A stretch of DNA of 64,000 bases from Terriglobales bacterium. Lineage in GTDB: Bacteria > Acidobacteriota > Terriglobia > Terriglobales > Acidobacteriaceae. This document shows positions 53,673-62,773 of the stretch, in pieces. The notes below the pieces were generated by a model. It ran no database searches and was not told the DNA's origin. It was given only the letters and a program-made list of their open reading frames with translations. Both the position numbers and the translations under genes were made by a program. Numbering within the stretch: the stretch's first letter is position 1; each line of letters begins with the position of its first letter. The stretch lies in the NCBI GenBank assembly GCA_035272945.1, contig DATEPX010000399.1:797-64796 (forward strand). Direction: 5' to 3'.

Positions 53673-56600
53673 TCACCGACCACCGGAAGACCATTCCTCA
53701 CGGAGTTCATGGGCACGGCGTATAACGCGTTCGGTCAATTCACCGAGCTTTGGAGACTCATCGGCCCGGTCCGAGGCAGGCCCCTTGGCCGGAATGTCCA
53801 AGGATTGCAGCTTGTCGAAGATCGCCTTCATGGCACGGTCCGGTCCGCGGAAGAAGGTACTGCCCCGCACTCGTGCGAAGGTCCATCCGAGTCGCTCGAG
53901 CATCGACTGTCGCTCCATGTCATCGCGGAGCTCTTCGAGCGGGAGATCCCGATCCCCATCGCACTCGATGGCCAAACGCTTGCCGTCACCTTCCACGACC
54001 AGACCGACGCTCCGCGATCCGACCTTCCACCGCGGAATGACGTGGTAGCCGGCCCGGACCAGGTGCTTCATGACATCGCGTTCCAGTGCGGACTGGAGGT
54101 TTTTTTCTTTATCGTCGAGGGGCCGAGTGAGGAGTTCGGGTGCCTGCGCGTGCTCAATGAGCCGCCGGCGCAGGTCGGCGGGTTGAAGGTCCGTTTGCGG
54201 GTCCAAGGAGTGGACGACCCACATCTGGTCTCGCGCCCGGCTGGCCGCCACGTTGTACCGCTGCTTGAACATCTGCTGGTCACGAAAGCGGAGCGCTCCG
54301 CCTGACGGGGCATCCACAACGGAGACGAAAACCACGTCTCGCTCGTCTCCTTGAAATTGCGCGGACGTTCCACACAGCAAACGATGCCGTTCGTACCCGT
54401 TAGGAGCAAGATGCGTTCTCAGGAGACGGTCGATTTCCAGAGCTTGCTCCTCACCCACAAGGGATACGACACCAAAACTGTATGGCCGCCCGAATTCGTT
54501 GGTCTGGTATTCGGTTTGTTCAAGTGCCGCTGCTATCAGAGAAGCAATGACATCAGCTTCCTGGTGGTTGACCTTTCCGTCCCGTGTCGAGCCTGGGACG
54601 TGATAAGCAAGGACGTGCGGTTTCAACCGAACGCGGCTCGCATCTCGCAGTGGTTTAATGTCACCGTCGTAAGAAAGCTGGTTGCTGAACTGAATTATTT
54701 CGGTGACGCAGCGGAAGTGCTCAACCAACCGGACCGTTTCGCCGAAGGATTGGCGGGCCAAATCGTAGACTGAGGTTTGGCCATCGTACAGATGAGCGTT
54801 GGGAATTCCCCGCAGGAACTGATCGATCAAATTTTGAATGACGGCGGCCTCTTGTCCGACCGCGGACGGGCTGACCTGTTCGTGGTCGCCGACCACAACC
54901 ACGCTGTGACCCAGGTAAAGCGCAACCAGGGCCATTACGTCGCTCTGGCTGGCTTCATCGATAATGACTACATCAAAACGCGACTTTCCGGGATCAAAGT
55001 TCTCGACCACCCGGGAGAGGGGCATGACCCAGACCGGGACGGCACCCCAGCACTCGGTCATTTTATGGGCCGCCTCCGCACGCAAGCTCGGGGCACGTAT
55101 ACCGGTGCCCTTGCCGATCTTCCTTATGGTGTCGAGCCAGCCGATGAGCGATTGCCTTTGGGGAAGGGAGGTCCTCCGTGCCTGATACATCCAGGCCCGA
55201 TTATCAATAAGGTCAATCGTCGTGGCCCGCAGCTCTGCGGCCACTCGTTCAATGGATGTCTGAAGCTCATCGATGGACACACTGGCCCTGCGGTCCAGTT
55301 CGTCCTGAATTTGGCGCCACGTCCAGGCTTGCGCAGGGTCTCCGGGCACGCTAGCGCTTGCGTGCGGGCCGCTGCGCGCTCGAATTGCCCCAGCCCAAGC
55401 GGGCGCGGCGGCCTCAAGCTTTGCCAACAGAATATTACGGCGTTGCAGGCTGCATCGGAGCTCGTGCAGTTCCACGAGCCGTGTGTAGCCTCGGCGGTAG
55501 GCTCTGGAATCCAATGAGTCTACTGCCTCGCGGAGACTTGCGATGGCACGGGAATCGGTGAACGACCGCATCGCGACAGCCAGACGCTCACGTAACTCAG
55601 CAAGCTTCCGGTTAATCTCGCTCCACTTCAGGTGGTCGCAGCGCGCCGCAAGTATAGGCGGGAAGGAGTCCTGTACGGCCCTTCGCAATCTTACTAACTC
55701 ACCATCATCGCCAACGACCGCTGGCTGCTCCGACAGAAACTTGTCCCAAAGAAATCCTGTCTCCCTCAGTTCGTTCTCAAGCGGGCCCCAGATCTGTGAA
55801 TGCCACGCCAGACCATCTCGAATCGGAGCGCAAAACTGAATTGCGCCCTTTTCGATCTCAGTCCCCATTTCAGCTGACCTGTTTGCGCCCAATGGCGCCA
55901 TTTGACGGTCCCAGCGGGTGGCGAGGTTTTTGCGAAGAAGTTTGAGCCGTGCAAACTTACTGACTGCCAAAAAATGATTAGGGAGTTTAGGCTGGCCGCC
56001 GTCAACCCGGGTCGTCTGAATGAACCGCTTCCAGCGCTTGTGAGTCAGGAGGCTAAAGAAGCCCAAGCCGCCTCCGCTTCGCAAATGGCCATGGATCTCC
56101 GTCGCCGTCTGCTCATGCTGTTCAAGGAGTGACTCTTCTGCGAGCGTGGGTGCATGCTGTATGAGGAGCTCTTGAGCACCCGCCGCCTCGACATGGACTT
56201 GCTCGACGAGTGCGAGCAGTTTCTCCCAAGTCTCTTTATGGGAGCCGCCATTCTTTCCCGCGTAGATGGCCGCCAGTTTCCATCTCTCGCTGCTGGCAAG
56301 GACACCGACCGATTGCCTGAGTTTGCTTGCGGTCTTGTTCAGGGAATCCGCAGAAGTGGGCCTATTGACGCTTTGCCAAAGATCGGAACGGAACTCGCGG
56401 TCCGCTTGTTCCAGGCGTGCCCGTTCAAGAATCAGGTCCTGGAAATCTGCCGGGGCCGGGAGTTCGTCGGGGCCCAGCAGATGGCCCGATAATTCGCTCT
56501 CGACGTCCGGTGATATGGACCGATTGGTGGCATAGAGTTCCGCAAGTTCGCCTCCGGAAAACGGCAAGTCGATACCGGCCTGAACCGGGCCCGGAATCCA

Positions 56601-58280
56601 GCCATTCACTTCTGATTCTCGTGCGATCTTTCTAGCAGCCTCCGAGGGTGACCATGCCTTTACCGCAACAACCACATCTCGGTACTCGTCGGCACGTGCG
56701 TCCGCGAGTTGTTGGCGCAACTTCGCCAGGCGCCCAACCAGTTCTGCTCGTTCCTGGGTGAGTCTGTCAGCCTCAAGTTCCAGCGATGTCGAGTCCGTTC
56801 TGGACAGCCGGTCAGCAATGGTACTGACCGCACTCTCCAGCTGCATATGACTGTCGAGATCGTTCTCCAGCAGACTTACACCGAGAGAGCGCAACTCGGG
56901 CACAATCTGGCTGCGTACCATTCGTAGCGCCTTCGTGGTGTGACTGGTGACCAGCACGCTCTTTCCTTCAGCGAGCAAGTGACCGATGAGATTTCCGATG
57001 GTGTACGTCTTTCCCGTGCCGGGAGGTCCCTGGACCAGGACGCCGCCCGAATGCTCGATCCGGCGCGCGATCCGGATCTGTTCGGGATTGGCGGGCTTGG
57101 TGAGGAGGATGTCCGCGTCCTCCGGGGCCCGAGTGCCGAAGCCGTCAGGACCTTCGATGTCTGGAGGAGGGGGTTCGAGGCCCACGATATTCAGAAGCGA
57201 CCAGGGTAAGTCGTTCCGGTGGCGGAGATCCTCCAATACAGCCTCGATCGCGGCTGCAAAACCAAGAGTCCGAGGGCGAAGAAACAGCACGGGTTGCCTT
57301 CCAACCCGGGGATCGTCTGTTTCCCCTTCTGGAGCACTCGACTCGACAAATTCACCACGAGGAGAGAGTTGAACGACGAGGCGCTCCAGAAAGTCCGACG
57401 TGGGACCATCATCGAGCGGGGAGTACCCTTCCTGCTCCAATTCGTCGCGGCAGCGTCCGATGGCCCGTCCATCGACGTCCGGCATCGACTGGAACAGGGC
57501 GGAATAGAGCTCCACCGGGTGTTCTGTTTCCGTCAGCGTGAATTCGGGGACCGAAGGGCTGAAGCTGAGCTGCAGCCGCTGCAGCAAGACGGGATGGTAT
57601 ACAGTTCCTTCCGGCCGGCGCCAGCTGAGTATCCCGTCGCCCAAGACGATTTCCACGCGTTCGGCTTCGCGCTCCACACGGCCATGTAACTCGTAAAAAT
57701 CCTCAAATATCTTCATCGCGGCCCGGGCGGGCCGCTCGTCAATCGCCCACTGGTTTCGCTGGGCCTTCCATTGGTCGAGTGCCGCCACACGTTTGGGATC
57801 GGCCCCGAACCTCACACGCATCGCGCCACCTGTGGAGGACTCGTTCCTGGACTCGAGCGTCGACGCGTCCTTGAACGGATTCTCCCAACCGCCTTCAAGC
57901 CATGGCTCGATCAGTGCCGGAGGAGTTGGTGGATTGGTAAGTTTCGGGCGGGCAATCTTGAGTATGAAATCCGAATCCTGTCCCTCGGCCGACAACCCAT
58001 CGTTGCTTGCTACCAGGGCCGGCAAATCAGCAGCCGGACCAGTTCCCCTCCTGATCGAGGGATGGTCCGGTAAATCCTTCATCCATAGTGTCCACAACTG
58101 TTCCCCGATCCGCCGCTTGACGGGATTCCGGTGTTCATTAAGTGCTTCCAAGTAACGGAAGACCCTTAGAAGCCGGTCACGCCCAATACGGATTGTTTCA
58201 CTGTCCATGAGCGCTCCACCTGCACGTGAGCTACTCCCTCCACTCCATTCCAGAATCATGACAGAGTTTAAAGATAGCAT
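53673..58280 (-). CDS. 1,535-aa Upf1/Dna2-like SF1 helicase with a long insertion and a C-terminal Vsr/DUF559-like PD-(D/E)xK endonuclease domain
   Basis: Walker A is GPPGTGKT (aa 418-425, nt 57006-57029). Walker B is DEASQ (aa 1108-1112, nt 54945-54959). Other helicase motifs are VVVVGDHEQVSPS, LVEHFRC and NVAASRARDQMWVVHS. The C-terminal nuclease-like block is LERDVMKHLVRAGYHVIPRWKVGSRSVGLVVEGDGKRLAIECDGDRD...RQSMLERLGWTFARV (nt ~53850-54089). The start could instead be ATG 58208 (MDSETIRIG). Confidence 0.85.
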   Translation of the reverse strand: MLSLNSVMILEWSGGSSSRAGGALMDSETIRIGRDRLLRVFRYLEALNEHRNPVKRRIGEQLWTLWMKDLPDHPSIRRGTGPAADLPALVASNDGLSAEGQDSDFILKIARPKLTNPPTPPALIEPWLEGGWENPFKDASTLESRNESSTGGAMRVRFGADPKRVAALDQWKAQRNQWAIDERPARAAMKIFEDFYELHGRVEREAERVEIVLGDGILSWRRPEGTVYHPVLLQRLQLSFSPSVPEFTLTETEHPVELYSALFQSMPDVDGRAIGRCRDELEQEGYSPLDDGPTSDFLERLVVQLSPRGEFVESSAPEGETDDPRVGRQPVLFLRPRTLGFAAAIEAVLEDLRHRNDLPWSLLNIVGLEPPPPDIEGPDGFGTRAPEDADILLTKPANPEQIRIARRIEHSGGVLVQGPPGTGKTYTIGNLIGHLLAEGKSVLVTSHTTKALRMVRSQIVPELRSLGVSLLENDLDSHMQLESAVSTIADRLSRTDSTSLELEADRLTQERAELVGRLAKLRQQLADARADEYRDVVVAVKAWSPSEAARKIARESEVNGWIPGPVQAGIDLPFSGGELAELYATNRSISPDVESELSGHLLGPDELPAPADFQDLILERARLEQADREFRSDLWQSVNRPTSADSLNKTASKLRQSVGVLASSERWKLAAIYAGKNGGSHKETWEKLLALVEQVHVEAAGAQELLIQHAPTLAEESLLEQHEQTATEIHGHLRSGGGLGFFSLLTHKRWKRFIQTTRVDGGQPKLPNHFLAVSKFARLKLLRKNLATRWDRQMAPLGANRSAEMGTEIEKGAIQFCAPIRDGLAWHSQIWGPLENELRETGFLWDKFLSEQPAVVGDDGELVRLRRAVQDSFPPILAARCDHLKWSEINRKLAELRERLAVAMRSFTDSRAIASLREAVDSLDSRAYRRGYTRLVELHELRCSLQRRNILLAKLEAAAPAWAGAIRARSGPHASASVPGDPAQAWTWRQIQDELDRRASVSIDELQTSIERVAAELRATTIDLIDNRAWMYQARRTSLPQRQSLIGWLDTIRKIGKGTGIRAPSLRAEAAHKMTECWGAVPVWVMPLSRVVENFDPGKSRFDVVIIDEASQSDVMALVALYLGHSVVVVGDHEQVSPSAVGQEAAVIQNLIDQFLRGIPNAHLYDGQTSVYDLARQSFGETVRLVEHFRCVTEIIQFSNQLSYDGDIKPLRDASRVRLKPHVLAYHVPGSTRDGKVNHQEADVIASLIAAALEQTEYQTNEFGRPYSFGVVSLVGEEQALEIDRLLRTHLAPNGYERHRLLCGTSAQFQGDERDVVFVSVVDAPSGGALRFRDQQMFKQRYNVAASRARDQMWVVHSLDPQTDLQPADLRRRLIEHAQAPELLTRPLDDKEKNLQSALERDVMKHLVRAGYHVIPRWKVGSRSVGLVVEGDGKRLAIECDGDRDLPLEELRDDMERQSMLERLGWTFARVRGSTFFRGPDRAMKAIFDKLQSLDIPAKGPASDRADESPKLGELTERVIRRAHELREEWSSGGR

Positions 58281-58694
58281 CCCGGTCTCAGGGTTGGGTG
58301 CCTGGGAGCCTGCAGAGAGCGACGGAATGCTTGCAACGCCCCGACTGGGGACGCAGAAGTGCTTGCCCGCTCTCGACTTGAGGAGGTTGGCAGTACTCTA
58401 GTGAGGTCAAGAATGAGTGGTACACAACGTCAGGAGCATCCCCGTAGACCAAGTCAGCCTCAGCCAAGTCGCCGCCTGCGACTACTGGCCGGAACACTCC
58501 GATCACGGGCCCGGATAAGTCTGAGAGAATAAAGCTTTCCGGCTAGAGTTTTTAGAATGTGATTCGAAAAGTTGGCCGGTAATTACCGACAACTCTTCGC
58601 CAATCCGATTACGGAAGAGTTGCTCGTTATTCGCTACGAATGGAAGTGATCGGTCGGCACCACGTATAACGTGGGGGAATGAATTGGAAGGAGA

Positions 58695-60449
58695 TTAAGT
58701 GTCCAGCTTCATGCGCCGCAACAATTTGGCGAAACGCTTGTCGGCCCGCAGTGGATCGTAGAAGGGATCGCTGGCAATCAACAGTGAGTATACATTCCGC
58801 TCTTCGCAGGCCCGCGTGAGCCACTTCAATGCTTCTTCGGGATGACCTGCCCGCAAATGCTCGCGCGCGAATTTTATTGCAGGTACGTAAGCGCCACTAT
58901 CCCGGCTAGACTGCAACCGTTCGAGTCTCTTCGCAGCTACAGCACGCACAACCTTGTCAAAGGCCCCGCTAGTGTTGGCCGCGCGGAGAGGGGCGACAAG
59001 CTCCGCATCATTGGCCAAGAGTGCGGCTTTTGTCCACTGTTCGACCGCTTCCTGGTATTGGCCCTTCCGCTCGTAGATATCGCCGAGTGCTTCACGGACT
59101 GAGGCGTCGTTGTGATCGAGTTCGATTGCTTTCTGGTATTGTTGGATTGCTTCATCGTAGCTGCGCGCGCAGTACAAGGCATAACCCAAGTGCTGGCTAA
59201 TACGAAGCGAAAACGGGTTGCATGCCAACGCCCGCTTGCCTTCTGCGATGGCTTCGCGGAAACGGCGCATCACCAGCAAGAAAAAGGAATACGCGTAATG
59301 TATTTCGTCGAATCCAGGGCTTAATTCGATGGCGCGCTTCGCTTCTCTCTCTGTGCCTACCCAGTCTAAGTAGTAAACCATCTTGAGTGCAGCTAGATCG
59401 AGATGTGCTTCGGCGAGCTGGTCATCGAGTTCGAGCGCCTTCGTAACTGCCCACTCTGCCTTCGGCCAGCCTTCGTCTGGCGGCATGATGCCCCACGCCG
59501 CCCCGTAGCCATAAAAGCTGTTCAGTCCACAGTAGGCGAGCGCGTAAGAAGGGTCTTCTTCAACTGCGCGATGAAAATAGTCACGGCTCTTGTTGAATTC
59601 TTCGGGCGAGTTCTTCCACCAGTAATATCTCCCCTTCAGGTAAAGCTGGTACGCTCTTGTGCTTTGTGTATAGTGCTTGACGAGACGTGACTGATCTTCT
59701 TTGCTGAGTTCGAGTGACAACGCTTGCGCCACCCGCTCGGAGATTGCATCTTGCAGAGCAAAGATGTCAGTCATTTCGTCATCGAAGGTTCCCGCCCACA
59801 ACGAAGCGCCATTTGACACATTCAGCAAACGCACAGTGACCCTGACTCTCTTGCCTTGGCGCTGAAGGCTTCCTTCCAGCACAGACTCCACTCCCAGTTC
59901 CCGCCCCGCTGCAAGTACGTCCTGCTTCAAATCAGCATATTTGCGAATCGAGCTTATGGGACGCACGACGACGTCCCGGATGCTGCTGAGTCTGGCGATC
60001 AGCGTGTCCGCCATGCCCATTTCCAAAGCTTCGTCCCGGTTATTTGGTGCCAGCGGCTGGAAAGGAAACACGGCAATGCTTGGGATGGACTCAGCACTGC
60101 TTGCGATTACAGGCGGCTTGCGCTTGGTCACGGGTGCAACGAACCTGTAGCCCCGTCCTGGAACCGTAACAATGTAACGGTGCTCGGCTCGTTTCTCGCC
60201 GAGCGCGCGGCGCAGCGCGGAGATGCATTGATTCAAGTTGTTCTCTTCGACAGCGGTTTCGCCCCAGATTGCCCGCATAAGCGTTTCTTTGCCGAGAACT
60301 ACGTCGCTATGTTGGACCAGATAAATCAGCGTGTCGAATGCCTTCGGGGTCAGGGGCAATGGACGACCATCTCCCTCAAGTAACAAACGTCTCCCGGGGT
60401 CAACGCGGAAATCATCGAATTCGTAGATATACTTCTGAGGCCGTTCCAT
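58695..60449 (-). CDS. CadC/OmpR-type winged-helix DNA-binding protein fused to TolB-like and TPR domains
   Basis: The N-terminus YEFDDFRVDPGRRLLLEGDGRPLPLTPKAFDTLIYLVQHSDVVLGKETLMRAIWGETAVEENNLNQCISALRRAL...VTVPGRGYRF is a trans_reg_C domain. The C-terminal half consists of TPR units. Confidence 0.85.
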   Translation of the reverse strand: MERPQKYIYEFDDFRVDPGRRLLLEGDGRPLPLTPKAFDTLIYLVQHSDVVLGKETLMRAIWGETAVEENNLNQCISALRRALGEKRAEHRYIVTVPGRGYRFVAPVTKRKPPVIASSAESIPSIAVFPFQPLAPNNRDEALEMGMADTLIARLSSIRDVVVRPISSIRKYADLKQDVLAAGRELGVESVLEGSLQRQGKRVRVTVRLLNVSNGASLWAGTFDDEMTDIFALQDAISERVAQALSLELSKEDQSRLVKHYTQSTRAYQLYLKGRYYWWKNSPEEFNKSRDYFHRAVEEDPSYALAYCGLNSFYGYGAAWGIMPPDEGWPKAEWAVTKALELDDQLAEAHLDLAALKMVYYLDWVGTEREAKRAIELSPGFDEIHYAYSFFLLVMRRFREAIAEGKRALACNPFSLRISQHLGYALYCARSYDEAIQQYQKAIELDHNDASVREALGDIYERKGQYQEAVEQWTKAALLANDAELVAPLRAANTSGAFDKVVRAVAAKRLERLQSSRDSGAYVPAIKFAREHLRAGHPEEALKWLTRACEERNVYSLLIASDPFYDPLRADKRFAKLLRRMKLDT

Positions 60450-60604
60450 GCGGCTTTCAGAATTCTTCAGAAACTTTCAGAACATTCTAAGGACTTTGGC
60501 CCCGATTTCAAGGACACTCAGTGCCTATTCACGCTGCAGCGCGCAAGCACTAGTGCTCGGAATCACATGGATTAAGGAAGAGAAGACAAACAGGAGAAGC
60601 GATC

Positions 60605-61567
60605 ATGAAAACGTCACTTTCCAGGTTCACCGCATTAGTTTTCACAGTGCTTAGTTTCGTCCCTGCATTCGGCGCCCAATGGAATGCCACCGTTGGCGCA
60701 CAGAGCGAGGACAAGGGCCGCCAAGTCGTCGCCTTTCTTCCCAACGAGCTTTGGATCGACGTGGGAGACACCATTCAATGGACGGTCAATGCTGACGAGA
60801 TCCACACCATTACCTTCCTCACCACTGGACAGGTGCGCCCACCGTTCTTCGTCGGTTGTCCCGGATTTTCTGTTGGGGCGGCGTCATTCGACTACTCGAC
60901 GTGTATTAGCACTCCGCCGATGGTCTCGGGTCAAACGTTCAACGTGATGTTTCCGACGGCGGGTAATTTCAAGCTGGTCTGCCTTGTTCATCCTGATATG
61001 ACTGGCGTGGTGCATGTTCTCGACACTTCGGTTCCGCTTCCGCATGATCAGACCTTTTACGACAAGGAAGCCGCCCAGCAGGCTCACGATCTGCTGGCTG
61101 AACTCAATCCAGGACAGGCGCATCATCACTCGGCGCCTCCCAATTCGGTGATCGTCGGAGCCGGAAAAACACTGGCCAATGGCGGCGGACACAGCACCAT
61201 CTCGCTGATGCGGTTTGTTCAGCCCGAATTGATAGTCCATGCAGGCGCGACTGTGGAATGGACAAATGACGACACCAGCATGCCCCACACCATTACGTTC
61301 GGAGCCGAACCGAACGACCCATTTCCTCCTTCACCGAATGTGACCGTGGATGCTGACGGCGCACTCCACGCTACCACTTCGTCAACCTCGGACAACGTCC
61401 ATTCGGGCTTCATCGTCTCGGCGCCACAGGATGAGACCGGGCTGCCGCAGACTCCGTTCGGCCCAACGCGCTTCAGGGTCACTTTTACGAATCCGGGCGT
61501 CTATCCATACATCTGCACCCTTCACGACGATCTCGGAATGAAGGGGGAGATCATTGTCGTGCCGTAG
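60605..61567 (+). CDS. Secreted two-domain cupredoxin (plastocyanin/azurin-like copper protein)
   Basis: The signal peptide is MKTSLSRFTALVFTVLSFVPAFGAQ. There are two type-1 copper-like C-terminal motifs, GNFKLVCLVHPDMTGVVHV and GVYPYICTLHDDLGMKGEIIV. An AGGAGAA SD precedes the gene. Confidence 0.8.
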   Translation: MKTSLSRFTALVFTVLSFVPAFGAQWNATVGAQSEDKGRQVVAFLPNELWIDVGDTIQWTVNADEIHTITFLTTGQVRPPFFVGCPGFSVGAASFDYSTCISTPPMVSGQTFNVMFPTAGNFKLVCLVHPDMTGVVHVLDTSVPLPHDQTFYDKEAAQQAHDLLAELNPGQAHHHSAPPNSVIVGAGKTLANGGGHSTISLMRFVQPELIVHAGATVEWTNDDTSMPHTITFGAEPNDPFPPSPNVTVDADGALHATTSSTSDNVHSGFIVSAPQDETGLPQTPFGPTRFRVTFTNPGVYPYICTLHDDLGMKGEIIVVP

Positions 61568-61743
61568 AGTCTATCGCACTGGAAAGGTGGACATCTTCGA
61601 GAGCTAAGCCATTTACGCAGACAGATTAACTCCGCTGGAATGAGCGCTTCAAGAATTGTTGACTTTGGATCGATGTCTGCCGTTCGCCGTTTCCGCTAAG
61701 AGAGTGGGATCGAAACGAGCACTAGCACAAGAAGGCCTGTGAA

Positions 61744-62040
61744 ATGATTGTGGGGCGAACAACGATCATCGAGGCTGATCCCGAGCCCGTCACGGTTAAC
61801 TGCGCGGAGACGGCCGTGGTCGTTGTGGACATGCAGAACGACTTTTGTTCGAAGGGTGGACTGTTTGACCGTGCAGGAATAAACATTTCCGCGGTCCAAA
61901 AAGCCGTCGGGCCGACGCGGAAAGTGCTTTCCGCTGCACGCGACGCCGGGATCACAATTGTTTACCTGAAGATGGGCTTCCGGGCTGACCTGTCAGACCT
62001 TGGAGACACCGATTCCGCTAACCGCGTACGTCATCTCCAA
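61744..62040 (+). pseudogene. N-terminal ~100 codons of an isochorismatase-family (RutB-like cysteine hydrolase) gene
   Basis: VVVVDMQNDFCSKGGLFDRAGINISAVQKAVGPTRKVLSAARDAGITIVYLKMGFRADLSDLG is a typical isochorismatase N-terminal half. After ~aa 100 the ORF becomes unrelated sequence that is antisense to the next stub. The catalytic Cys region is absent. Confidence 0.6.
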
Positions 62041-62049
62041 TTCGGTGTC

Positions 62050-62214
62050 GGCCAGCCGTGCATCCTCGTGAGCTTCCAGTACCGTGACCCGTACGTCCTG
62101 TCGGACAAGCAAGAGCGCGAGCACCATTCCTGCGGGACCGCCACCGACGATGCAACAGTCTTGTTGGAAACGTGGTTCGCCGGTGTCTGGGGAAGCCGTT
62201 TGGTCGTCAGGCAT
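62050..62214 (-). pseudogene. N-terminal ~55 codons of an FAD-dependent monooxygenase/oxidoreductase
   Basis: From ATG 62214 the frame reads MPDDQTASPDTGEPRFQQDCCIVGGGPAGMVLALLLVRQDVRVTVLEAHED. This is a GxGxxG FAD-binding beta-alpha-beta unit with nothing of the rest of the enzyme. Confidence 0.5.
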
Positions 62215-62773
62215 AAGCACCTCCAGTTCGCGGCAACAAATCGAGATGGTCTGGCAATAATAGGCTTTTCTCAATCTCTTTGTCGCGTGCCGAACCCGGA
62301 GGTCCCCGGAGGTCGGCAACCCAAGCCGTTCCTTGTGGAGATAATGCCGAACGTCGCTTCACGTGCTCGGTAATAGCAGCTGCTGCACCCTATGCGCCTC
62401 TGTACTTGCTATGGCAGTGATGCAGAGTTCGAAGAGGCGCAGGAGCATACGAACAGCAGTAGTTTGGCGCTGTACGCATAAACTCATAACATCACCGCGG
62501 GAGATTTCTGGCTGGCCAAGCTGAGATCTCCCGTTCTCATTAGGCCGCTAATTTCCGAGTGGCCCGTTATCCAGCTGTAATCGGCGACAGGTGCCAACCG
62601 AGCTTCCGATTCTCCCCCATTTTGACTTCGAGCCTGGGTTGGCGGATAGCGGCGATCAGGACGGGAACCGAGAACGCATCTTTGCCGTCCCATTCTCGCG
62701 CTGCGAGTTCTGCTAATCTCAACGTTTACTGAAACTGCTGTTCACTCCAAGATAGAGAGCATTTGTCCCATCT

